Shown here one piece after another: positions 27,580-36,779 of a stretch of DNA of 47,215 bases. Below the pieces are notes generated by a model. It was given only the letters and a program-made list of their open reading frames with translations, ran no database searches and was not told where the DNA came from. The translations under genes and the position numbers were made by a program. The stretch is from Candidatus Scalinduaceae bacterium (lineage in GTDB: Bacteria > Planctomycetota > Brocadiia > Brocadiales > Scalinduaceae). The stretch spans positions 1 to 47,215 of the forward strand of contig JBHICG010000022.1 of the NCBI GenBank assembly GCA_046759445.1. Reading direction: 5' to 3'. Within the stretch, counting starts at the first letter, position 1. Each line of letters opens with the position of its first letter.

Positions 27580-28974
27580 TTAGTTGTAAGAGCTACGCTG
27601 TTTATCTTCAGGGGGGTGTACTATTTTTTGCCAGTAATCTTCGAATCGAAAATTTGGACTGTGCTCGTCTTCGTGGCAGGTTATACACCCATCGGCATTT
27701 ACCTTACCGTAATTTTTTGATTGTGTTTCTTTGTGATCGCTTCCTGGTCCATGGCAACTCTCACAACCTACCCCTTTCAGCCCAGGAGTCAACTCTATGG
27801 TTTCGAATCCTGTAAAATAGTGCAAACCTATGGTGTGGCAAGATAAACACTCCGGATCATATTCATGTTCTGCTTTCACCAGGGTTTCATAAGCGGAAGC
27901 GTGAAGAGTTTCTTTCCAGTGTTTAAATATTTTGTTGTGACAGATAGAACAATCATCATTGCCTATAAAAGTTAGATCTGAAGGAGGATAAATCTTAAGC
28001 ACTTTTTGCACTAGTTCTTCATCTCTTAGTCTTTGCTGGTAAACCTTTAAAAGATTATTTATCTCATGTGAATCTTCGTAACTTTCATCCAATGGTATTA
28101 TGTTAATGTCATGTTCTTTTGTCTCGGTTCTTAAACTAAATGTTCCTAGATATTTACCCTTCTCTCCTACAGGGATGATGTATGTGTCGTTTACTTTTTT
28201 TGTATAGAGGTCTGGATTATCGACTCCGTGTCCCGTAATTATTAAATCTAATTCAGGGAAGATTAAGGCCAGCTTAAGTGAATCCTCTATTTCTGCGTGA
28301 GAGAGCAACAACAATATGTCTGTTTCGCTATTCAACTTCTTCAGTAAAGGCCTGAGTGATACAACTGGCTCAATAACCTCAATGAATTGAAAATCGTTAT
28401 CGATAAGTTTTGGTGATAAAATACCCAATATACCGATTTTCAATGTTGTTTCTCCTGTTTTTATTTCTTTTATAACATATGGTTTTACGTTAAGACCGTG
28501 TGTATTGGAGACGACAATGTTGCTTGATATGAAATTCACATTGCTTATTTGTGAGAGATAGCTTAACAGGTCTAAACCCATGTTAATATCCTTTTCGCCA
28601 ATATTGTGCGCTATATACCCCATTTGGTCTAATGCCTTTAGGGTTGTTTCCATCTTGATTTCGTCTTGTCGGCCTACTTGTTTGGGTATATCTCCTAGAC
28701 TTAAGAGGATATAATTTTCATCGTTTTTCTTCATTAGATTGATTAATGTATGCCGTCTAGGCAATCCGCCAAGTTCTCCTTCTGAACAACCGCATGGTTC
28801 TAAGTAACCATTTTCTTCTCCTGTGAAAACTATGTGTATGATGGACTCTGATGATATTATATTGGAGATTTCCTTTCCGTAAAGGTCCTTTTGGATGTGA
28901 CTTAAGGTAATAGAAATTAAAGAGAGAATAATTGGGATTGTATAAACGAAATTCTTATGGTGACCGCTGATCAT
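27580..28974 (-). CDS. Exported UshA/5'-nucleotidase-like domain fused to a tetraheme cytochrome c (c554-like)
   Basis: N-terminal hydrophobic segment; GYLEPCGC..GG..RR, LGD, SH, GH; four CxxCH motifs (CSICH, CLSCH, CESCH, CITCH). Confidence 0.85.
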   Translation of the reverse strand: MISGHHKNFVYTIPIILSLISITLSHIQKDLYGKEISNIISSESIIHIVFTGEENGYLEPCGCSEGELGGLPRRHTLINLMKKNDENYILLSLGDIPKQVGRQDEIKMETTLKALDQMGYIAHNIGEKDINMGLDLLSYLSQISNVNFISSNIVVSNTHGLNVKPYVIKEIKTGETTLKIGILGILSPKLIDNDFQFIEVIEPVVSLRPLLKKLNSETDILLLLSHAEIEDSLKLALIFPELDLIITGHGVDNPDLYTKKVNDTYIIPVGEKGKYLGTFSLRTETKEHDINIIPLDESYEDSHEINNLLKVYQQRLRDEELVQKVLKIYPPSDLTFIGNDDCSICHNKIFKHWKETLHASAYETLVKAEHEYDPECLSCHTIGLHYFTGFETIELTPGLKGVGCESCHGPGSDHKETQSKNYGKVNADGCITCHEDEHSPNFRFEDYWQKIVHPPEDKQRSSYN

Positions 28975-28997
28975 TATAAAATTTATTGTTGTAGTAT

Positions 28998-30053
28998 TTA
29001 AGCTTTTCTAATCTTTCCTATTATTGGAATTTTTATAATAGGTTGTATTTTGCTACTGGTGTGGAGTTCTAGTAGTCCATTTAGTTTTCCGATAGTTGCC
29101 TCTTTGTGGAGTTTCATTTCAATCAAGAAGTGAGGATTATTTTTTTCTTTTCTTTCGATAATTTTTGTGCTCAGAAAATCTGGCGATACTTTAATGTTCA
29201 AAATCTTTATATCATTTTTATTTATCTTAACGAAAACCTTCTGTGTTAGTTCTTTTCCCTTTGTAACGATGCCGTAATAAATTATCTTCGGGTAAGTGGT
29301 AATGTCTCCTATTATTTCTCCAAAAAATGGTATTGTGACCTTTGGTTGCCTTGAGCTATTAGTTTCTACATAAATTCCACCACTGAATCTGCCAATTATA
29401 TGAGTGTCCGTTAATGCTACTTTAATAATATACCCTTCCTCATTCTTTTCTGCTATCGAAGCATATATAAATTTTTTAGACGAAGTAATCTTCTTTATCT
29501 CGAGGTTAGATTCTGTTAGCCATTTAAGTGTAATCTCTTTATCTATTTTCTCACCAATATAGATTGAACCAAAATTAACATTTCTTGGATTGACGCTTAT
29601 CGCTTCTTTAATTTCACCTGTCAGTGTTAATTTATAATTTGGTGAATTTGGATCATTACTTTTAACTGTTATGCTCTTGGTTACTTTTCCTCTATAAGAG
29701 CCTGAATTGAAGGTGGTCTTAATATCTCCTGTTTCGCCTGGTGGTATTATTTTATTTGTTAATATTACAGCGGTGCACCCACAAGAGGTTTTTACCTTGT
29801 TAATTTTTAGGACTTCATTCCCTCTATTTTCAAACTTATATATATATTCTACCTTTTGACCTTTAAAGATCTTGCCAAAATTAAAGTTTGGATTTTCAAA
29901 GAAGATAATTGGATGCTGGTTAGAAGCATTTACATTAATACTTTTATCACCACTAATAGAAGGGGGATCTGCCTTCAGCAATTCTTTACTTGAAAACAAT
30001 TGAATAGTTGGAAGTATGAGAGAAATGAGTATTATTGAATGTATTTTCTTCAT
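28998..30053 (-). CDS. Exported DUF1573 / Ig-like domain protein
   Basis: Signal peptide; FNFGKI, F.N.G...L.I..VKTSCGCT, IPPGE.G.I, SNDP. Confidence 0.85.
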   Translation of the reverse strand: MKKIHSIILISLILPTIQLFSSKELLKADPPSISGDKSINVNASNQHPIIFFENPNFNFGKIFKGQKVEYIYKFENRGNEVLKINKVKTSCGCTAVILTNKIIPPGETGDIKTTFNSGSYRGKVTKSITVKSNDPNSPNYKLTLTGEIKEAISVNPRNVNFGSIYIGEKIDKEITLKWLTESNLEIKKITSSKKFIYASIAEKNEEGYIIKVALTDTHIIGRFSGGIYVETNSSRQPKVTIPFFGEIIGDITTYPKIIYYGIVTKGKELTQKVFVKINKNDIKILNIKVSPDFLSTKIIERKEKNNPHFLIEMKLHKEATIGKLNGLLELHTSSKIQPIIKIPIIGKIRKA

Positions 30054-30244
30054 TTCGTTATAGCTCCATATTTTAATGTCATTATGTTAAATCAATGTGA
30101 TGCACATTACTAAGGCGTTACGCACTTTTTATAATTGTTAAGAATTATTGTAAACAAAAAAAGCATTTTTGAAAGTAGTTTTTTTAATGATGAGATTTAT
30201 ACAGCAGTGGTTTAAAATGTCATAAGATGAGACCAAAACTTGTC

Positions 30245-30754
30245 TTATATAATTCCCTCTAATTTTAAGAGTCTTTTTTTTATTTTGATTCCAGACGTAT
30301 ACCCGCCAAGACTTCCATCAGAACAAACTACACGATGACAGGGTACTATTGGAGCTACAGGATTACGTCCAACCGCATTCCCCACTGCCCTGGCTGCATG
30401 TGTGTTACCAATTGCCCTGGCAACCCATTTGTAAGTGCGTAACTCTCCGTAAGGGATTTCCTTTACTTTTAGCCAGACCTTATTTTGAAATTTTGTCCCT
30501 GTACTCAAATCTAATAATAATTTGATATTTGCCGTGTGACCGTTAAAATAATCAAGCAAGCTTTTATTCACGTTCCCCAATACCTTGTCATCTCTAACTA
30601 TTTCATCCTGGTGACTTTTCCTTAGAATCGATAAGAATTTGACCTCCGTTATCTGTGAGAATTTAATAAGACATACTCCCTTGGTAGTTCTTGCAACAAA
30701 GACGCGACCAAATGGAGAGTCAAAGCTGGAGTAATGGACTATATTAGTCATCAC
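30245..30754 (-). CDS. ogt: Methylated-DNA--protein-cysteine methyltransferase
   Basis: FQ.KVW, IPYGE.RTY, ARAVGNA..NP, PCHRV active site, LGGY. Confidence 0.95.
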   Translation of the reverse strand: MMTNIVHYSSFDSPFGRVFVARTTKGVCLIKFSQITEVKFLSILRKSHQDEIVRDDKVLGNVNKSLLDYFNGHTANIKLLLDLSTGTKFQNKVWLKVKEIPYGELRTYKWVARAIGNTHAARAVGNAVGRNPVAPIVPCHRVVCSDGSLGGYTSGIKIKKRLLKLEGII

Positions 30755-31436
30755 CTCCGCCTTTGTAGCCCAAAGTCAGTTTGATTCCCTTTATGACGCC
30801 AATAATTACAGATGATACAAAAAGAATAGTCAACAATATCGAAATGATGTAACTGATTATCCTCCATGAATTATCCAGGATTTCCTCCCACCATTTATAA
30901 CCCAATAAAGATATTCCAAACCACTCCAAAACGTAGAGAGTAAATCCTAAAATGATAAAGCCAAGCACTGTATATTTTATATCACCCTTATGTGGGGCCA
31001 TCGATACAGTAAAAATAATGGATGCTATTATGAATATGATTGAACTTACTGTGCTAAAACCATGTTTCCAGAATTCGTTAAGGGTTAGCCATATAATATC
31101 TAAAAAGTTTTTTGAATAATCAAACACTGCCTTTATAGATAATGACACTTCATAAGGTAATGATTCATTTACGCGAATAGGATTTCCCAGAATTATAGAA
31201 ATTAATATAAGGATGAATGCACATCCAAAGAGGGGAGCGGTTGCTATGAGAAAGTCAAAGAGGATAGGCACCTTTGGTTTGTCGTATTCAAGACTGCCAT
31301 TTTCAAGTCTAAAGATATTCAGCTCTTTTATGGTAGTTCCAGTAATGAGGCACAATAAGGCGTGACTGAGTTCGTGTACTACAGCACCGGGAAAAAGAAA
31401 CAACTTAAAAGCCCTTAATTTCAAATACTTCGACAA
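30744..31436 (-). CDS. Membrane zinc metallopeptidase-like protein (M50-like); true start may be near 31505
   Basis: PGAVVHELSH (HExxH), LIATAP, several TM helices, AP..GD. Confidence 0.75.
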   Translation of the reverse strand: MSKYLKLRAFKLFLFPGAVVHELSHALLCLITGTTIKELNIFRLENGSLEYDKPKVPILFDFLIATAPLFGCAFILILISIILGNPIRVNESLPYEVSLSIKAVFDYSKNFLDIIWLTLNEFWKHGFSTVSSIIFIIASIIFTVSMAPHKGDIKYTVLGFIILGFTLYVLEWFGISLLGYKWWEEILDNSWRIISYIISILLTILFVSSVIIGVIKGIKLTLGYKGGGDD

Positions 31437-31777
31437 TAGCTTTTCAATGCCAAAGCTTAAAAATACAATCAGAACAAAACCAAAAGCAAAAGCCAGATAT
31501 ATCGTTTCCGAGATCCCCGTATTTTTATGATAAAGTGTGTATAATAATATGAAAAAAAAATGTAATCATTTGTTTGTAAATGCTTTAATGTAAACCATCC
31601 TTATCCAGTATAAATTTAGTTTAAATTAACAAACCTTTTTCAGGATGTCAAACATATATTGTTTCATAACTAACTGAAAATAACTTGTTTGCAGAAAGAG
31701 TTTCTAAAACCTAGAATATCTTGACTTCATAACTGACTTAAACCTTTCTTAGCTGGTACGGCTTGTCTTTTTCTTAG

Positions 31778-31806
31778 TTGACAAATATACAGATAAAAAA
31801 TAGAAT
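31778..31806 (+). promoter_or_regulatory. Sigma70-type promoter
   Basis: TTGACA-17 nt-TAGAAT. Confidence 0.7.
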
Positions 31807-31856
31807 ATTTCTAATTAGTATCTGATATCTAAATTAAATTAATTTTATTTTGTTAC

Positions 31857-31939
31857 GGGGTGTTTGTGTCGGGGAAAAGCCTTGGTTGTTACTTACCTAG
31901 TTTTGGGCTTATCTGGGTAGCTTCGGCGCTAAGCACCCC
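31857..31939 (+). ncRNA. Candidate structured RNA, family not recognised
   Basis: 18-bp G:U-rich closing helix enclosing two crossing helices, located downstream of a consensus promoter. Confidence 0.45.
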
Positions 31940-32068
31940 ATCTTTAAGTAAATAATTTCCACTATAACTTCTTAAACAATCATAAACATTCACTTCATTC
32001 ATCATACATAACCTGGTACTGCTTCGACATTACTGAAACAACGCCAACGCCGCTCTAAAAAACATGTC

Positions 32069-32800
32069 ATGAAAAACATAAAACTTACTATTGAGTACGA
32101 TGGTACGAATTATGCTGGTTGGCAGCAACAAAAGAAAGAAAAGACAATTCAGGAAACACTTAAAATAGCGATTGAAAAGGTTGTTAATGAAAAAATTATG
32201 CTTCATGGCGCTGGCAGGACGGATGCTGGAGTTCATGCTCTTGGTCAGGTTGCAAACTTTGAAACAAAATCTAATATTCCAATCCCTAAATTAGTTCAGG
32301 CGATAAATTTCTATCTTCCGAAAGATATCGTGGTTAAATCCGCAAGAAAAGTGTCCGGGACATTTCATTCACAATACAGTGCAAAATCAAAAATTTACCG
32401 CTATACTATTTTGAACAACAACACCAGAAGTGCCATCAATAGGAAATTTTGTTATCATTATAATGCAGGACTGGATATTGAAAAGATGAAAAGTGTATCA
32501 AAGGTCCTTATAGGCAAACACAATTTCAATACATTTAAGTCAAAGTCGGATAATATTAGTAATATAAGAACAATAAAAAAGCTAGAAATCAGAAAGAAAG
32601 GGGAATACTTATTATTGACAATAGAAGCAGATGGTTTTTTGTATAAGATGGTGAGGGCAATAGTTGGAACGTTACTTGAAGTGGGAATGGGGAAAATGAG
32701 CATAAAAGAATTTAAAAAAGTATTAAAGTCAGGAGAAAGGTCACTGGCTGGCGCAACCGTTCATGCACAAGGTTTATGCCTTTTGCAAGTTAAATATTAA
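32069..32800 (+). CDS. truA: tRNA pseudouridine(38-40) synthase
   Basis: YDGTNYAGWQ, GAGRTDAGVHA.GQV, FLYKMVR.IVG. Confidence 0.97.
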   Translation: MKNIKLTIEYDGTNYAGWQQQKKEKTIQETLKIAIEKVVNEKIMLHGAGRTDAGVHALGQVANFETKSNIPIPKLVQAINFYLPKDIVVKSARKVSGTFHSQYSAKSKIYRYTILNNNTRSAINRKFCYHYNAGLDIEKMKSVSKVLIGKHNFNTFKSKSDNISNIRTIKKLEIRKKGEYLLLTIEADGFLYKMVRAIVGTLLEVGMGKMSIKEFKKVLKSGERSLAGATVHAQGLCLLQVKY

Positions 32801-32911
32801 CAATACCAGATTCGGTGTTGTCTGTTTGAAAACTTTTTGACTTGCTTATCAAGATTGACGTTTGCTAAAATCAGAAAACGAATGTGATTTAGTAATAATG
32901 GAGAGGATATA

Positions 32912-33241
32912 ATGTCGATTAGTATTCAAGATTTTATGGAAATAGACTTGCAAGTGGCTGAGATAAAAGCAGTCGAGGAACATCCCGATGCAGACAAACT
33001 ACTGATATTAAAAATTGATATTGGAAACGAGGGTGGAGAAAAACAATTAGTAGCAGGAATAAAAGAATGTTATACCCCAGAAGAACTTATCGGGAGGAAA
33101 ATCATTGTTGTCAATAACCTTGCACCAGCCGTAATAAGGGGTGTAGAAAGCCAGGGTATGCTCCTTGCTGCGAGAGACGGCGAACACGTTGTTTTGCTTA
33201 CAACAGAAAAAGACATAAGAGCGGGTTCTAAAGTTCAATAG
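32912..33241 (+). CDS. Stand-alone tRNA-binding OB-fold protein (MetRS C-terminal/Trbp111/CsaA family)
   Basis: F..IDL.VA.I, HPDADKL, QLVAGI, NL.PA.IRGVESQGMLLA. Confidence 0.9.
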   Translation: MSISIQDFMEIDLQVAEIKAVEEHPDADKLLILKIDIGNEGGEKQLVAGIKECYTPEELIGRKIIVVNNLAPAVIRGVESQGMLLAARDGEHVVLLTTEKDIRAGSKVQ

Positions 33242-33286
33242 ATATTATGTGTTTCGTTTTATCTACAACTATTTTAAACTTTTACG

Positions 33287-33445
33287 ACCTAAATTGAGCG
33301 ATTTTGTAGCCGCAACCTTGAGGTTGCGTGACTTACGAGGATCCATCAAATGATGAGAAACGCAGGCTTATCCCGTTGCTAATATCTACGGGACTTAAGC
33401 ACTGCGGCTACAATGGCATATAATATAAAATCGCTCAATTTAGGT
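33287..33445 (+). mobile_element. MITE-like element, copy 1
   Basis: Perfect 19-bp terminal inverted repeat ACCTAAATTGAGCGATTTT; inverted second copy at 44215-44385. Confidence 0.8.
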
Positions 33446-33541
33446 ACGAGCAAGTTAAAAATTTAAATATTAAAGATAATTTATAATAATGCTTTGCTGT
33501 CGCTGAATAAATGACAAATGACTAAATGACGGAGAAGCTAA

Positions 33542-34279
33542 ATGACAGAAAGGCAAAAGGAAAGACTTCATAAAATTCTCGCACAGGCGGGGTTGGGTTC
33601 CAGACGTGCATGTGAAAACTTAATAACATCTGGACGCATATCGATTGATGGTAAGCGTGTAACAAAGATAGGCCAGAGCATAGATCCAATTAAAGTCAAT
33701 ATTTGTTGTGATGGTGAGCCTATTGTAAGGCAGAAGAAGATATACTACCTTCTTAATAAACCCAAGGGATATGTCTGTACAAATGCAAATATTACTCGGG
33801 CTCCAAGGGCCATAGATTTATTAAGACATGTAGATCAAAGAATATTCACAGTTGGCCGACTGGATAAAGACAGTGAAGGACTCATAATACTAACTAATGA
33901 CGGTGAATTGGCGAACTTGCTTTCTCACCCTAGATATGGAATTAAAAAAACGTATAGAGTGGAAATTAGGGGAAGAATAACAAACGATGAAATACGTTCA
34001 CTCAAACGAGGCATATGGATTTCCGATGGTAAGACCTTACCAACCGGTATTAAGGTTATACACAGAAGATACAGGTCCAGTATATTAGATATAACACTAA
34101 AGGAAGGTAAAAATAGGGAGATCAGGCGTATACTTGCAAAAATGGAGCATCCCGTAATCTCACTGAGAAGGATTAGAATAGGGCCTCTGAAAGATGATCA
34201 CACCTTAAAGGTTGGAAGATACAGGCTGTTAAACAAAGCTGAGATTAAGATGTTGTATTCACTGGCAATTCCATATTGA
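33542..34279 (+). CDS. rluB: rRNA pseudouridine synthase, RsuA/RluB family with S4 domain
   Basis: RLHKILAQAG.GSRR, LNKPKG, VGRLD.DSEGL..LTNDG, EGKNREIRR. Confidence 0.88.
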   Translation: MTERQKERLHKILAQAGLGSRRACENLITSGRISIDGKRVTKIGQSIDPIKVNICCDGEPIVRQKKIYYLLNKPKGYVCTNANITRAPRAIDLLRHVDQRIFTVGRLDKDSEGLIILTNDGELANLLSHPRYGIKKTYRVEIRGRITNDEIRSLKRGIWISDGKTLPTGIKVIHRRYRSSILDITLKEGKNREIRRILAKMEHPVISLRRIRIGPLKDDHTLKVGRYRLLNKAEIKMLYSLAIPY

Positions 34280-34324
34280 CATTTTTTGCGTACATTAAGA
34301 ATAAGAAAGGCGGATAAAATACAA

Positions 34325-35608
34325 ATGACGCAGTTAAAACAAGCAAGGTTGAACAAAATAACCCCAGAGATGGAGCTGGTTGCACATCTTGAAGACTGCG
34401 ATGTTGAAAGTTTATGTTCACTCATTGCTGGTGGAAAGGTTGTGATTCCACACAATCGTAAACGTTTGGCGAAGAAAGTATGCGGCATAGGTAGTGGGCT
34501 CAGAACCAAGGTAAATGCAAACATCGGCACTTCAACTGACTATCAAAGCGTGGAAGATGAATTAAAAAAGCTTCGCGCATCAGAAGAAGCGCAAGCGGAT
34601 GCTGTTATGGATCTTAGTACAGGTGGAGATCTTCGTATAATTAGACAAAAGATAATGGAAAATTGTTCAATTACTATAGGCAGTGTTCCAATCTATGAAG
34701 CTGCAGTTGATGCTGTTAGAAGCAAACACTCAGTTAGAGATATGTCTGCGAATAGCATGATTAATGTGGTAAAACGCCATTGCGAAGATGGGATAGATTT
34801 TATCACAATTCATTGCGGTGCAACACGAGGAGTACTGAAACATCTAGTAGATGATAAAAGAATATGTGGTGTCGTAAGCAGGGGTGGTTCTTTTCTTGTA
34901 GACTGGATGTCTTTTCATAAGAAGGAAAACCCTCTTTACGAACAGTTTGATGAAATATTATCAATTGCATACGAATTTGATGTAACCATAAGCCTGGGCG
35001 ATGCAATGAGACCTGGAGCTCTTGCAGATGCATGTGACAGAGCACAGATTTATGAATTAAATGTATTGGCCGAACTCACTCAGAGGGCATGGGAAGCAAA
35101 CGTACAGGTAATAGTAGAAGGTCCCGGTCACGTACCCCTGAACCAGGTTCAAGCACAAATACAATTACAAAAAGAACTTTGTAAAGGTGCTCCATTCTAT
35201 GTACTTGGACCTATTGTGACAGATATTGCCCCGGGATACGATCATATTACATCAGCTATCGGTGGTGCTATCGCAGCAGCAGCAGGAGCTGATTTTTTGT
35301 GTTATGTCACACCCACAGAACATCTGGGTTTACCCAGACCAGATGATGTTCATGATGGCGTTATTGCCGCTAGGATTGCCGCTCATGCTGCCGACATCGC
35401 CAAGGGTATAAAATCAGCCTGGGAATGGGACAAGACAATGTCTCAACTTAGGAGAAAACGTGATTGGGAAGGACAGTTTTCTACATGCATTGATCCAGCA
35501 CGTGCAAAAAAGATTAGAGAAAAAGGTGTTCCACAAGATACTGATGTATGTTCAATGTGCGCTGAATTTTGTGTCTTTAAGGTAGCAGATGAAAGTAATC
35601 ATAATTAA
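34325..35608 (+). CDS. thiC: Phosphomethylpyrimidine synthase (short ThiC/Bza family)
   Basis: KVNANIGTS, MDLSTGG, VSRGGS, EGPGHVP, PGYDHI, CSMC..FC. ATG 34325 (MTQL) is preferred over TTG 34286. Confidence 0.9.
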   Translation: MTQLKQARLNKITPEMELVAHLEDCDVESLCSLIAGGKVVIPHNRKRLAKKVCGIGSGLRTKVNANIGTSTDYQSVEDELKKLRASEEAQADAVMDLSTGGDLRIIRQKIMENCSITIGSVPIYEAAVDAVRSKHSVRDMSANSMINVVKRHCEDGIDFITIHCGATRGVLKHLVDDKRICGVVSRGGSFLVDWMSFHKKENPLYEQFDEILSIAYEFDVTISLGDAMRPGALADACDRAQIYELNVLAELTQRAWEANVQVIVEGPGHVPLNQVQAQIQLQKELCKGAPFYVLGPIVTDIAPGYDHITSAIGGAIAAAAGADFLCYVTPTEHLGLPRPDDVHDGVIAARIAAHAADIAKGIKSAWEWDKTMSQLRRKRDWEGQFSTCIDPARAKKIREKGVPQDTDVCSMCAEFCVFKVADESNHN

Positions 35609-36311
35609 ACATATAGATATTGAGGGGCCTGGTACAATCGCAGAATTCTTGGATGATAATAACATACCTTATAGCGTTATTGATATCTTCAATGGAGAAG
35701 GATTACCAGATTCCCTTTCTGATACCTCCGCTATTATCACGCTTGGAGGACCAATGAACGTATACGAAGAAGATAAATATCCTTTCCTTAAACAGGAAGA
35801 TGAATTTCTAAAAGAAGCCATAGAAAAAGATATACCAACTTTAGGCTTTTGTCTCGGCTCTCAATTAATTGCCAAAGCAGGGGGGGCAGAGGTAAAAAAA
35901 GCACCTGAGAAGGAAATAGGTTGGTTTCAAATTTCTTTGAGCAGTGACTGCACGAATGACTCTTTATTTCGGGATTTTCCTAAAGAGATAGTCGTATTCC
36001 AGTGGCATGGTGATACTTTTGAGATACCTGATGGTGCGCTTAGGCTTGCCAAATCAGCGATTTGTCCAAACCAGGCATTCAGAATTGGCAATAATGTTTA
36101 CGGGCTTCAGTTCCATGTTGAAGTTACCGAAGAAATGATTAAACAATGGATTGATTCTTACAAGGACGAAATTGATTCACTTAAAGGCCTGGTAAATCCT
36201 GATCAGATAATTTCTGATACAAAAATAAAGTTTGAAAGTTACAGAGCACAATCAAGGTTGCTCTACTCAAACTTTTTTAAGCTTGTACTAAAAGGTTTTG
36301 TTAATAAATAG
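35589..36311 (+). CDS. Class I glutamine amidotransferase (GMP synthase-like, stand-alone)
   Basis: LGGPM, GFCLGSQ (Cys), QWHGD, QFHVE (His/Glu). Confidence 0.92.
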   Translation: MKVIIIKHIDIEGPGTIAEFLDDNNIPYSVIDIFNGEGLPDSLSDTSAIITLGGPMNVYEEDKYPFLKQEDEFLKEAIEKDIPTLGFCLGSQLIAKAGGAEVKKAPEKEIGWFQISLSSDCTNDSLFRDFPKEIVVFQWHGDTFEIPDGALRLAKSAICPNQAFRIGNNVYGLQFHVEVTEEMIKQWIDSYKDEIDSLKGLVNPDQIISDTKIKFESYRAQSRLLYSNFFKLVLKGFVNK

Positions 36312-36350
36312 GTATAGTTGTCTCTCTTCATAAATATGTCTTTAAAAAAA

Positions 36351-36749
36351 CTAGATGTGTTTTTTTATTGACTCATAAATGTTATGGCTGAGTTTTTGGT
36401 CTCCTTGAAGTTTGCCAATACGAATAGATACTTTGCTTAAATTTTCACTTTCTTTTTTAATTGTTATTGTTATTCGTTTGTCTCTTGCCGTTCTTCCGAT
36501 AACCTTACCGTCTATTCCAGTTGCTCGGGCTGATATCAGCAGGATATTTAAATCCTTGAAGGCTATCTCTGATGCATTTTTGATTTGTTCCGGGTTTTTT
36601 TCCATTATGACTTCCATATCTCCCATTACGTAAGCAACCCCGGCAGATCCGGCAGCAGCACCCACTATAAGTACTGGAATGCATCCAGATAGGAATATCT
36701 GTGAACACAGGACAAATAAACATGAAATTATTTTTATATACTTTATCAA
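36351..36749 (-). CDS. Lipoprotein, DUF3568-like
   Basis: Lipobox LSGC, GAAAG..GVAY..G, SIRIG...GD...S. Confidence 0.75.
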   Translation of the reverse strand: MIKYIKIISCLFVLCSQIFLSGCIPVLIVGAAAGSAGVAYVMGDMEVIMEKNPEQIKNASEIAFKDLNILLISARATGIDGKVIGRTARDKRITITIKKESENLSKVSIRIGKLQGDQKLSHNIYESIKKHI

Positions 36750-36779
36750 TTTTTGTTCTCCTTTAAATCATAGTGCCGT

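Noticed and set aside
34280..34324. TPP riboswitch before thiC
   Set aside because: The gap is too short and lacks the CTGAGA core.
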